A stretch of DNA of 37,768 bases from a virus (IMGVR_UViG_2526164599_000010), one strand, 5' to 3'; positions 21,501-30,148 are shown, numbered from the stretch's first letter. Numbers and translations: made by a program. Notes: generated from the sequence alone by a model not told the origin.

Positions 21501-22983
21501 GGGTCAGCATGTCGATAAGTTCTGCATCATCCATCTGCGGATATAATGAAGCGGCTTTGTTCATGGCGGCTTCCGGGCCATCTTTCAGCACAGAAAAAAT
21601 GACGGGTTTCAGCAGGGGGTCAACCGAACGCTGCCAGTCTTCCGGTGAGACGCCCATCCGGTCGATATCATCCTCCTGCGGGATATCTTCAGCGGATAAT
21701 GCGGCCTCTTTCTGCGAACCGTTATCCGGGACAACCGGTTGTATAGTAAACACGGCTTCATCACCGACCGGCTGTGGAATATGAAGTTTTTCCTGTATCC
21801 AGGAGACCGGAATACGCATTCCCGCCGCCAGTTTCGGAATGGCGTCAGACAGTGCCGTAATATCACCCGCTTCACTGGTATCAAATACAATGCCCGGCAG
21901 GCGGTTAATATCAATGGTGCTGTCACTGTTCAGTGCCAGCAGGGGATAAATCAGGTCACGGTTAATACTGCGGGCAAGCTGGCCCACATCCGCATTACGG
22001 ATTTCCCGGCGAACCTCATCATGCACTTCACCCAGCGACCGCGCACCTTTATCGCCAGCCTCTGTGGTCAGGGTGCCGCCCAGAATGGCTTTTGAAATCG
22101 CTTTTTCTGCCCAGCCAATCATCGCCATAAAAGGGTCTGACTGACCATCTGCGGCGCTCTGAAAATCCAGCGTCATCCCCATCGGAATAATGCCACCGGC
22201 ACGTCGCCCGATATCCATCACGGCCTGCATCAGCGTGGCTTTCTCGCGGTTCGTTGAGCCGGTCGGATATTTACCGACGCGCATGGGGAGTCCGTAAATT
22301 TCCAGAAACTCTGCAAAATCACGCACGGAATAGTTTTTAAAAATAAAAGGCCAGATAAGCGTGCGCACAAGGCCATTGGTGCCGACATACCCGGTGCGGG
22401 ATTTGGCCCGGTGCATAAACCAGCCGAACGGTTGCAGCTCCAGCCCGTGATAAGACGCATCACGCAGGCGTAATTCGTTCAGATTGTCGGGGTTCGCGCA
22501 AAATAGCGCCGGATCGCGATGATGCAGCGCCACCGGCACGCGCATTTTCCCCAGCCAGCCCCATTCAATCTCCTGCATGGAATAGCCCTTGAGAATGGCA
22601 TCACCGGCATCAAACAGGGCATCTTCAAACCACGCCGCATCATGCAGATATTCATTCAGCATGTCGGCGTCTTTTTTCTCCTGTGCGCTGGCATCACGTG
22701 CCGGAGCGATGCGCCATTCCAGCGCCTGAATGGCAAGGCGGCGTTTGCTCAGTTCGGAAAAAAGGTGGGTGTCCTTTTCTTCCATATCAAAGGCCAGGTC
22801 AGCCTGTGCTGTCAGATCACCGCGTTCGGCATCACGCAGCATCTGCGCGGCCCGGTTCGGCGTCACACCACTGGAAGGATGCTCCTGCGTACGCTTCATG
22901 ACCATTGCCAGCTCATCGCTGCGGGTCTGCATTTCATCGTCAAAATCAAACGGCTGCCCGGAAATATCCAGAATACGGCCCAT
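21445..22983 (-). CDS. H: Portal protein (Mu H position)
   Basis: 512-aa ORF following the large terminase gene; start overlaps the E stop. Confidence 0.8.
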   Translation of the reverse strand: MGRILDISGQPFDFDDEMQTRSDELAMVMKRTQEHPSSGVTPNRAAQMLRDAERGDLTAQADLAFDMEEKDTHLFSELSKRRLAIQALEWRIAPARDASAQEKKDADMLNEYLHDAAWFEDALFDAGDAILKGYSMQEIEWGWLGKMRVPVALHHRDPALFCANPDNLNELRLRDASYHGLELQPFGWFMHRAKSRTGYVGTNGLVRTLIWPFIFKNYSVRDFAEFLEIYGLPMRVGKYPTGSTNREKATLMQAVMDIGRRAGGIIPMGMTLDFQSAADGQSDPFMAMIGWAEKAISKAILGGTLTTEAGDKGARSLGEVHDEVRREIRNADVGQLARSINRDLIYPLLALNSDSTIDINRLPGIVFDTSEAGDITALSDAIPKLAAGMRIPVSWIQEKLHIPQPVGDEAVFTIQPVVPDNGSQKEAALSAEDIPQEDDIDRMGVSPEDWQRSVDPLLKPVIFSVLKDGPEAAMNKAASLYPQMDDAELIDMLTRAIFVADIWGRLDAAADH

Positions 22984-24638
22984 TACCAGCCCCCTCGTTC
23001 AAACTGGTGATAATCATCAAAATCATCGTTATCAACATCATCACCACGGTGGCGTGGTGGCAGCGCCTGTATGCTGTCCTCGTCGATAACAAAACCATTC
23101 ATATAAGACGCTCTGACAGCCATACAGAGCGCCACGGCAAAGTCGCCATGTCGTCGGCCTTTACCGCCTTCATCTTTTGTGCGCCCCTTATCAATCTGCG
23201 GAATACCTTTGTCCACCTTGATGTGGAGCAGGTCATCAAGTGTGGTCTGGTGCCGGGCAATCGTGATGTTCGGCGCTTCAAACTCGCCTTTCAGTTTTGG
23301 CATCCACTCCTGATACCAGGATGCGGTCAGATTCACACAGTCGATCATCTCCGGGCCATAAATCAGACGGGCGGCTTCTGCCAGATAACCGCCGTTACCG
23401 GTGGCATCAAATGCAGCGCCGGTAAAACGGGGCAAACGGGACAGAATGAATAAAAGGATTTGTCGCTGCTGGTCATAGGTCACATTACGCAGCTCCACGC
23501 GGAAACATTCGCGTTTGCGTAAGTCTGGAGTGATGGCAAGCGGCACAAACACCGTCAGGTCGCCACGGCGTGCAAAGTCTTCGCCCAGTACGTGTTTATT
23601 GAGCGGCGACAGCGCATCGAGCAACGGGAGCAGCTCCTGTTCACACCAGTCCTGAACGATGCCGTGGCGCATTTGTGGTGTCAGCGATTCAAAATCGTCC
23701 GGGGCTTCAAAACGCAGAATCGGGATATCCCGCGCTGGCGTCATGGCGGCTTCAATCAGCACGCGTGACAGATAAGCGCCCCCGGATTTTTTAGGAATGC
23801 AGCCGTATTCCTCGTCGGCACTCTCTTTATTCGGCGCATTCCGGTACAAGCCATCACGCCAGGCTTTTTCCGCTTCCGGCGACCACGGCTGATTCGTGAC
23901 GTAACAGATACGTCGGTACAACCCGTCAGCGATGGCATCATCCAGCGTGATGCGGTGAACGCTGTAATCCTTGCGCCCCTCGCGCGCATCCTGAATGTAC
24001 TGGTTAAACAGGTTATCGACGCCGTTATGTGTCGATATGATGCGCACGCTGGCACCCCACATGTTTAGTGCAAAGGCCGCTTTCAGCAGTTCGTCCAGGG
24101 CTTCATGGAATGCCGCCTCATCAATCACCACGTCCCCCTGCAAACCACGCAGGTTAGACGGGCGGCTTGACAGCGCCTGTATCTTAAATCCGCTGTTCGG
24201 AAAGCGGATCATGTAGGTGAGGATTTCTTCTTTTTTGTCGCTGTCCCAGAAGGTCTGCTCCCAGACGTCAGCCTTTGCCAGTTGGTTAAAGGCGCGGGCA
24301 AACAGGGCACAGGCGGCGATGTATTCCAGCGCCATTTCCTGACGGGAACCCACATAAAAGACGTTGCGACCACCGCGACGCTTCGGCTTTGCGGCCGTCA
24401 TGACATTGCGGCCCGCTTCAGCCCATGTCAGACCGGTTCGACGGGATTTTTCAGCAATACAAATCTGGCTTTCATCCTCAAACCAGCGGCGCTGATAGCC
24501 CAGAAAAACCGGTTCATTGCGGGGCTGTGCTTCCCCGATATCGGTCACGATATTCACGCCCAGCAGTCCGGCTTCCTTACGCAGGTCGATTTTGCGGGGC
24601 GCATGAAGGGCTTTAAGTTTGCTTTCTCTGGTACTCAT
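22983..24638 (-). CDS. E: Terminase large subunit (Mu E position)
   Basis: 551-aa ORF with an N-terminal ATPase-like region and a C-terminal nuclease-like region; position before the portal gene. Confidence 0.8.
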   Translation of the reverse strand: MSTRESKLKALHAPRKIDLRKEAGLLGVNIVTDIGEAQPRNEPVFLGYQRRWFEDESQICIAEKSRRTGLTWAEAGRNVMTAAKPKRRGGRNVFYVGSRQEMALEYIAACALFARAFNQLAKADVWEQTFWDSDKKEEILTYMIRFPNSGFKIQALSSRPSNLRGLQGDVVIDEAAFHEALDELLKAAFALNMWGASVRIISTHNGVDNLFNQYIQDAREGRKDYSVHRITLDDAIADGLYRRICYVTNQPWSPEAEKAWRDGLYRNAPNKESADEEYGCIPKKSGGAYLSRVLIEAAMTPARDIPILRFEAPDDFESLTPQMRHGIVQDWCEQELLPLLDALSPLNKHVLGEDFARRGDLTVFVPLAITPDLRKRECFRVELRNVTYDQQRQILLFILSRLPRFTGAAFDATGNGGYLAEAARLIYGPEMIDCVNLTASWYQEWMPKLKGEFEAPNITIARHQTTLDDLLHIKVDKGIPQIDKGRTKDEGGKGRRHGDFAVALCMAVRASYMNGFVIDEDSIQALPPRHRGDDVDNDDFDDYHQFERGGW

Positions 24639-24912
24639 GGGTGAAAAATCCGGTGTAAAACGTTACCGGCGAATCCAGGAACAACCGATCACCTGACCTG
24701 CCGTCGCCGGGCATCCGCCATTTTCATCTCCTCAGGACAACATCCTTAGTTGCTTTATGGTGGTATGCCATGAATTGCCTGAAGCCATGGCCTGAACAAG
24801 CACATCCCGAATCTGGTGTATCAACCGGACATCAGACAATGTTGCAATCCTGAAGGCTTTTTTATGGGCACTGATTAGCTGTGCTTTGTAATTATTTTTC
24901 ATAACGTAACGC

Positions 24913-25503
24913 CTACGCTTTCCCCAGCAGTACATCACGGATGCGCTGCTCCAGTTCTTCGCTGATGCCATCCTGCCCGCGCAGTTCTTCACTGACAGCG
25001 TTTGCCGCTTCTTCTGCGAACGCCTGGCGGATTTCTTTCTCGCGCCGGTGGCTGGACATTGCCGTGGATTCCAGACGCTGTGCCGCCAGCATGGCATTTT
25101 TCAGCAGGTCAATATCCACGTCAGATTCCGGGTTTTCGATTTGCCGCATCATGGCCTTAAAAAGCTGGCTGCGGGCCATTTCCAGAATCAGCTTTGTGGT
25201 TTCGCCCATTGGCTTGTCGCCAAGTTCTGCGGTCAGTGCTGACGTCATTTCACGCATCTGTCGCAGGTTATGGCCTACCTGCTCGACGTTCGTCGCGTAA
25301 CGGTTCAGACCGGAACGGGAGAGTTTCATCTCATCCGGCAGGCCTGCGTCTTCAATCAGTGCGTTAATTTCTTCCAGAATGCGGGCCTGTGGGATCGCCT
25401 TATCACGCAGCATTTCATGCAGCGTTTTACGTACGTTTTCCGGCAGTAAATCCACTTTTGAAGCCCGGCCCCGTGTTTTCCTGTCCATCACGCCTCCTGT
25501 CAT
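24913..25503 (-). CDS. D: Terminase small subunit-like DNA-packaging protein (Mu D / gp27 position)
   Basis: 196-aa ORF, charged and helical, upstream of the large terminase gene. Confidence 0.6.
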   Translation of the reverse strand: MTGGVMDRKTRGRASKVDLLPENVRKTLHEMLRDKAIPQARILEEINALIEDAGLPDEMKLSRSGLNRYATNVEQVGHNLRQMREMTSALTAELGDKPMGETTKLILEMARSQLFKAMMRQIENPESDVDIDLLKNAMLAAQRLESTAMSSHRREKEIRQAFAEEAANAVSEELRGQDGISEELEQRIRDVLLGKA

Positions 25504-25790
25504 GCACGTGGACGCGGACGCTTGACACCGGCAACGCGGGCGCGGCCTTCCGCCACATCCTGACCTCGGGAGGTCAGCGTTACGACATAAAAGCCGCGCA
25601 GGTTTTCCACGGTGACCAGTTGCTGCTCTGCCAGCCAGTCAATCTGGCCGCGAACCACATCGCGGGAAACGTTGTGTCCGTATGCATCCAGACAGTCCTG
25701 AAGGATGGATTCGTTGGCTTCGTTATTGCAGTCCATCAGGGAACGCAGGATGACCAGACGACGGTCTTCAGTCAGAATATCGTTAATCAT
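25500..25790 (-). CDS. Late protein (Mu gp26 position)
   Basis: 96-aa ORF, ATGA overlap with the downstream gene. Confidence 0.6.
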   Translation of the reverse strand: MINDILTEDRRLVILRSLMDCNNEANESILQDCLDAYGHNVSRDVVRGQIDWLAEQQLVTVENLRGFYVVTLTSRGQDVAEGRARVAGVKRPRPRA

Positions 25791-26104
25791 GAATTACTCC
25801 GGTTTACTGCGTTTTCAAGCAGTAGCTCCAGTTGATGGGAAAATGACTGCACCCGCTGGGACAGCACCCGGATATCGCCGGACAGCTCTGCAATACGCAG
25901 GCGCATTTCGTGTACATCTTCTGTGCCAGGGATGCTGGCGTAGCGGGTTTCCATTTCGGTCATCCGGTTTTCAAGACGCTCCACACGCTCGGTGCTGGCA
26001 AAACTACGACGCATCGCCCAGACGGCCCCACCGGCCACAACAGGCAACAGGTAAGGCCATAACGCTAAAACTGAAATCAAATCCATTATTCTGCTCCACG
26101 GCAC
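25787..26104 (-). CDS. Membrane protein in the lysis region (Mu gp25 position; candidate releasin)
   Basis: 105-aa ORF with an N-terminal hydrophobic segment (LISVLALWPYLLPVVAGGAVWA) and a charged coiled-coil tail. Confidence 0.6.
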   Translation of the reverse strand: MPWSRIMDLISVLALWPYLLPVVAGGAVWAMRRSFASTERVERLENRMTEMETRYASIPGTEDVHEMRLRIAELSGDIRVLSQRVQSFSHQLELLLENAVNRSNS

Positions 26105-26280
26105 CAGTGGCAGTAGTTCGCCATCGGCTGCTGTCTCAGCACATCAGGCCGCAGCTCACGACCGCAACCGGCACACAATACAGGCGGGTCATACGCCGCC
26201 GGGCGGGGAATATCACGGGTATCCCCCTGCCAGAGTTCAGCGAGCAGCAGCGCCACCGCCCGGTTCTGGTCTTCGTTCAT
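26086..26280 (-). CDS. Small Cys-containing protein (Mu gp24 position)
   Basis: 64-aa ORF with CxxC...CxxC motifs. Confidence 0.5.
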   Translation of the reverse strand: MNEDQNRAVALLLAELWQGDTRDIPRPAAYDPPVLCAGCGRELRPDVLRQQPMANYCHWCRGAE

Positions 26281-26578
26281 AAATTTCTTTCCTTCGGATC
26301 TCCTGTTCCCGGACTGATGCCTTGTCGCGGTTGCACTGCCCGAGCGCCATCAACAGGTCAGCATTCCAGAGAAGGGATGCTCCCCACGTCAGGGGCTGTG
26401 GCATGGGCGGAACGGGCGTTGCTTCTGTCAGTTCTGTATCAGTTTCGGGCAGGATCACCACCGATGGCACGGGTGCGTTTTTCGAGTTCCCGCAACCTGT
26501 CAGCAGCAACGGCAGGCACAGGACGAGTGCTGCAATTGTCACCAGTAATGGCGGTTGTAATTTTTTCTTTTGCATCAT
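26237..26578 (-). CDS. Outer-membrane spanin lipoprotein (o-spanin), overlapping the i-spanin gene
   Basis: Starts MMQKKKLQPPLLVTIAALVLCLPLLLTGC: signal peptide plus lipobox LLTGC; out of frame and overlapping the 3' part of the preceding TMD-protein gene, the classic overlapped spanin arrangement. Confidence 0.7.
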   Translation of the reverse strand: MMQKKKLQPPLLVTIAALVLCLPLLLTGCGNSKNAPVPSVVILPETDTELTEATPVPPMPQPLTWGASLLWNADLLMALGQCNRDKASVREQEIRRKEIYERRPEPGGGAAAR

Positions 26579-26825
26579 GATGTTCTGTCTCATCTGCCAG
26601 CCGTGCGGCACGATTTGCGGCACGGATAGCGGAAAATACCTGCATCGTCTGTTCCTGACCGTGTAACAACCATTCAGCAGTGTGGCGGGCCTGTTGCTCC
26701 GTCTGTAATTCACGGCGCAGCGTCTGGTTATCGTGGCGGGTGCTGTCCAGCCTGTGCCACAACACCCCAGACAGAACGGCGGTAAACACGGCTGCCAGCA
26801 GTAAACTTTTACTGGCGAAGGTCAT
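26439..26825 (-). CDS. Inner-membrane spanin (i-spanin)
   Basis: 128-aa ORF with an N-terminal TMD (SLLLAAVFTAVLSGVLW) and a charged helical periplasmic domain; immediately after the endolysin gene. Confidence 0.7.
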   Translation of the reverse strand: MTFASKSLLLAAVFTAVLSGVLWHRLDSTRHDNQTLRRELQTEQQARHTAEWLLHGQEQTMQVFSAIRAANRAARLADETEHHDAKEKITTAITGDNCSTRPVPAVAADRLRELEKRTRAIGGDPARN

Positions 26826-27327
26826 CCGCCCCCCTGATATTCCAGATTGCCATTTCCACTTCGCGACGGTTCATCAGTCCTTTCCATTTATGGCCTGCGG
26901 CAAACACCCAGCGGGCCATCTGGTCACGCGCTCCGGCGTAATCACCGGCATTGAGTTTTTTCAGCAGCGTTGATTTACTGAATGCGGTAACACCGGTGTT
27001 GAAAATAAATGTTGCCAGCGCCGTTTTCTGATATGGCGTCAGCGGCACCCTGACAAGACGATCGATTGCCGCATAAACCGGTTTTAAATCACTGTCGAGG
27101 AGAGCCATACACTCCGCATGGCTGTAACGGCGCATTTCGATATCCGGCCCGGTATGTCCCACACAGACCGTAAGCACACCGGCAATATCGCGGTAAGGCA
27201 TATAAGCGATATTTTCCAGATGGATCAGAGACTGACGGGTCATTTCCTGATAACCACCCACACCACCACCGGCAATCGTTGCCGCCAGCAGTGCGGCTTT
27301 CAGTTTTTTTGGTATCCCCGCCATCAT
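26809..27327 (-). CDS. lys: Endolysin with N-terminal signal-anchor-release (SAR) type segment (Mu lys)
   Basis: 172-aa ORF; N-terminal Gly/Ala-rich weakly hydrophobic segment (LKAALLAATIAGGGVGG) followed by a lysozyme-like domain; first late gene after C. Confidence 0.85.
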   Translation of the reverse strand: MMAGIPKKLKAALLAATIAGGGVGGYQEMTRQSLIHLENIAYMPYRDIAGVLTVCVGHTGPDIEMRRYSHAECMALLDSDLKPVYAAIDRLVRVPLTPYQKTALATFIFNTGVTAFSKSTLLKKLNAGDYAGARDQMARWVFAAGHKWKGLMNRREVEMAIWNIRGADDLRQ

Positions 27328-27398
27328 GCTTCCCTGAAAAAATGCTCTGATGGCAGTCTAAAAAATCAGGTGACAGGTGCGGGATTATGGTGACAGGA
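27328..27398 (-). promoter_or_regulatory. Candidate C-activated late promoter Plys region
   Basis: Non-coding interval between the C terminator and the lys start; contains AGGTGCGGGA (27375..27384), identical to the 10-mer upstream of gene I. Confidence 0.55.
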
Positions 27399-27423
27399 AA
27401 TAACCGGCAGGATGCCGGTTATT
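27399..27423 (-). terminator. Intrinsic terminator of the middle transcript, overlapping the C stop codon
   Basis: Minus strand reads TAA-CCGGCA-TCC-TGCCGG-TTATTTCCT; perfect palindrome AATAACCGGCAGGATGCCGGTTATT. Confidence 0.7.
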
Positions 27424-27841
27424 TTGGGCTTTCAGGTGAGAACAGATCAGGCTGATGACGCCGTGTATGCAGCTTTCTCTGGCGGGCAATAATCTGGTAG
27501 ATCTGCGGCTGGGACAGGCGGTACTGGCGACGCAGTTCTTCCATGTTACGACCATTGAACTGGCAGTAAAGCAAATCGTCGCGTAACGCGGTCAGGATAG
27601 TATCGCCACAGGGGATATAAAACTGCCGCCCGCCCAGAAAACAGGACAGGGCAACGGCCTGTTTACGGGCAAGCTCACGGGGATTGCTGACGTTCTGGCG
27701 TTTCAGTTCGTTTTCCAGAACATCAATCAGATCAACCACCGAACGGGGCCAGCGTGATTCCAGTTCCGGGGCCGGGATGTTATCAATATGTCCGATTAAC
27801 TGGCGAATTGCCGGATCGTGTTCAAATAAATCATGCTGCAT
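27419..27841 (-). CDS. C: Late-gene transcription activator C
   Basis: 140-aa ORF, last gene of the ~1.2-kb middle operon; C-terminal HTH-like region; paralogous in layout to Mor (both ..FNGRN..EL..Y..). Confidence 0.85.
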   Translation of the reverse strand: MQHDLFEHDPAIRQLIGHIDNIPAPELESRWPRSVVDLIDVLENELKRQNVSNPRELARKQAVALSCFLGGRQFYIPCGDTILTALRDDLLYCQFNGRNMEELRRQYRLSQPQIYQIIARQRKLHTRRHQPDLFSPESPK

Positions 27842-27854
27842 ATTTTCCCCCGGT

Positions 27855-27974
27855 TAACAGACAGAAAGATACACCACGGCACTGATGGTTATCAGAACCA
27901 CAAGGGCAATCACTTTTATCGCATTAATCAGCGTGGACGGCCCGAAACATTCATCACTGAATTTTCTGTACATG
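27855..27974 (-). CDS. Small hydrophobic peptide (39 aa) in the middle operon
   Basis: ATG..TAA ORF MYRKFSDECFGPSTLINAIKVIALVVLITISAVVYLSVC, too short for the ORF track; fills the gap between the upstream membrane-protein gene and C. Confidence 0.4.
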
Positions 27975-27982
27975 GTGCCCCT

Positions 27983-28345
27983 TTACCCGAACAGACGAGC
28001 GCGAAAACGAAAGGAGAGCCAGAACGTCAGCAATCCGGCCAGCGCCCAGATGACATGCTCAGGACCCGTTTTCAGTTGAGACGTTGCCATCACGGCTAAT
28101 CCCAGCCCGGACAGACTCCCCAGCCAGGTCAGCGGCCAGACGAACCGGGCAAAATGTTCAGGCACCCGGCAGCTCATTATCAGCGCATCCAGACAATCAC
28201 CGGCAACACATAAAGCAACACTGAAAACCGAGGCACAGCAAAACATCAGCGCGCGCCAGCCACAAAACAGACTTATCCACAATAACAGCGCCAGTAACAC
28301 CACCGATAAAAAATCAGGCCACTGACGAGCAGAACGCTCAGACAT
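27983..28345 (-). CDS. Integral membrane protein of the middle operon; start chosen at the internal ATG 28345, which has a GGGAGA Shine-Dalgarno
   Basis: Multiple hydrophobic segments; 8-nt overlap with the upstream ORF. Confidence 0.6.
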   Translation of the reverse strand: MSERSARQWPDFLSVVLLALLLWISLFCGWRALMFCCASVFSVALCVAGDCLDALIMSCRVPEHFARFVWPLTWLGSLSGLGLAVMATSQLKTGPEHVIWALAGLLTFWLSFRFRARLFG

Positions 28346-28556
28346 AATGTTTCTCCCTGTAAAGCAGGCAATGATGAAGAATTTCCGGCATATCAACTGA
28401 CTGCCAGCCTTTCATGTAATAACTGCCGTGGGTGCCATCATGACCGGTATAGTCGCGGGGTGCAGGCCGTGGCCCACCGGCGACACGGTGCAAAACCTCC
28501 TGACGCAGCCGCTCACGTCTGCCAAGATGAAAGGATGCATTCCAGCCTTTACCCAT
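28338..28556 (-). CDS. First gene of the middle operon (Mu gp18 position)
   Basis: 72-aa ORF just downstream of the early terminator. Confidence 0.5.
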   Translation of the reverse strand: MGKGWNASFHLGRRERLRQEVLHRVAGGPRPAPRDYTGHDGTHGSYYMKGWQSVDMPEILHHCLLYREKHYV

Positions 28557-28603
28557 GATGATTTCCCCCGGTACGGTTATTCATCACAGGATATTGAGGA
28601 CGT

Positions 28604-28628
28604 AAAAAAAGCCGGATTAACCGGCTTT
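28604..28628 (-). terminator. Intrinsic terminator at the end of the early operon, just after mor
   Basis: Minus strand reads AAAGCCGG-TTAAT-CCGGCTTT followed by TTTTTTTACG; located about 6 nt after the mor stop. Confidence 0.75.
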
Positions 28629-28633
28629 ACTGT

Positions 28634-29023
28634 TTACAGAAGTGAGGGCTGGTACTGGCGGTATTTCAGCCGTCGCATCCGGCGAATGGCCTTGTAAACC
28701 GTATTGAAAGTGACACCATAACGGGTGGTCAGTTCGCTGACGTTGCGACCGTTAAAATCATTCCAGATACGCAAATCCCGAATCAGCGAGTCCAGAACCT
28801 GACCGCGTGGAATGTAGACCTGACCGCCGCCCAGATGCTTACAGATAGCCACAACAATCTCCAGTGAATGGGCAGGATCAACACCCAGCCGGGACAATTC
28901 CCCGCGTAGTAAATCGTTCAGCTCCGCCAGCAGTGCCGGAAAGCGTGACGTATCCTCTGCGGGATTGTCAAGATGTGCCAGGATGGTGTCATCCTGCAAA
29001 TCACCAAATAAATCTTCCGTCAT
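28634..29023 (-). CDS. mor: Middle operon regulator Mor
   Basis: 129-aa ORF, last gene of the early operon, ATGA overlap with gemA; same family as C. Confidence 0.85.
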   Translation of the reverse strand: MTEDLFGDLQDDTILAHLDNPAEDTSRFPALLAELNDLLRGELSRLGVDPAHSLEIVVAICKHLGGGQVYIPRGQVLDSLIRDLRIWNDFNGRNVSELTTRYGVTFNTVYKAIRRMRRLKYRQYQPSLL

Positions 29024-29571
29024 TGTGCCATCCTCCGTGTCTTTCTGGCATGGGCATAAGCCGCCGTCATGGCATCATAGCCGCGCAGTTCACGCCCGGA
29101 CGGACTGACTGGCAACGGAAGCCCGTGACGGGAAAAGGCTTCACGAATACAGCGGATATGCCACTGCTTGAGAGTTTCGAGAACAATCAACAGGGTGTCG
29201 CCATGACACCACGCCAGCGTGGAAACGCCCTGTCCGCCATTACGTTTCGCCGTCAGGCGCTGAACATATTTATCCAGCGCCACATCACCGCCATCGGTAA
29301 TAAAACCGTCTTCTGCCATCTGCTGCCAGACTTTGTATACCTTCTCGCGGGGCGTGACATGCCCCTTAAAGCGGCGACGTGGATGTTTATTCAGCTTCTT
29401 AAAGCCGCGTTCTTTCATGGCATCGAGCACCTGTTCCAGTTGCGTAACCGTCAGCTCGCGGCAACTGATTTTGCCCGTTTTCTGCATCAGAAAAGCGCGG
29501 TAAGTGTCGTCGTCGAGTTGTAGCTCCCGACGGGCGACATGGATTAATTTAATCAGGGATGTGCGATTCAT
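29020..29571 (-). CDS. gemA: GemA protein
   Basis: 183-aa ORF directly upstream of mor; preceded by AGGAGGT. Confidence 0.75.
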   Translation of the reverse strand: MNRTSLIKLIHVARRELQLDDDTYRAFLMQKTGKISCRELTVTQLEQVLDAMKERGFKKLNKHPRRRFKGHVTPREKVYKVWQQMAEDGFITDGGDVALDKYVQRLTAKRNGGQGVSTLAWCHGDTLLIVLETLKQWHIRCIREAFSRHGLPLPVSPSGRELRGYDAMTAAYAHARKTRRMAQ

Positions 29572-29845
29572 GATCGTACCTCCGGAAAGAGGCGGTGCTG
29601 CAACACCGCCTGAATTTACACATCAATCAGAGAGGATTTTATGGAAAATAATGTACAACCTTATGATGTTGCAGGTTATGCGATTGCATCAGCACTGGTG
29701 CGCCTTCTGGTGAAGAAGGCGATCATCACCGCAGAAGAGGGCCAGGCCATTTTCAGCTCTTCAGCAGAGATTTTAAAAGATGCGCCTGCAATAAGAACAA
29801 GCCGCCGCGAAAACATGCAACTGTCAAAGATCATGGAAGACATTA

Positions 29846-30148
29846 TCAGTTCGTTAGACCCAGATGCTGACGGATCTCAAAAGCCTCAAACACATGAGCG
29901 TCAGTAACAATATCCTGGTCTGATAACCCCAGCCTGCGGCGGATGTACTCCTCGCGGGCTGTTTCATTTTGCAGTGCCACTACTGTTTCCAGACGATTCA
30001 TTTCGCGGTTGATAATGTCACGGACTTCTCTGGCGGTGAGATTATGCTTAATACCATATTCAACGATAGCGCGAACACGTTCCAGCATCCCTTTTTCAGC
30101 CATGACGTTATCAATATTAAGGGGAGTAAATTTATCTTCATTGTTCAT
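29846..30148 (-). CDS. Early semi-essential region protein, function unknown
   Basis: 100-aa ORF, translationally coupled to the upstream gene. Confidence 0.6.
   Translation of the reverse strand: MNNEDKFTPLNIDNVMAEKGMLERVRAIVEYGIKHNLTAREVRDIINREMNRLETVVALQNETAREEYIRRRLGLSDQDIVTDAHVFEAFEIRQHLGLTN

Noticed and set aside
27399-28633. A novel multi-gene defence or toxin-antitoxin system in the middle-operon region
   Set aside because: The small genes here match the conserved Mu middle operon in number, order and size (ending in C), bounded by the two terminators; nothing is extra relative to the Mu layout.
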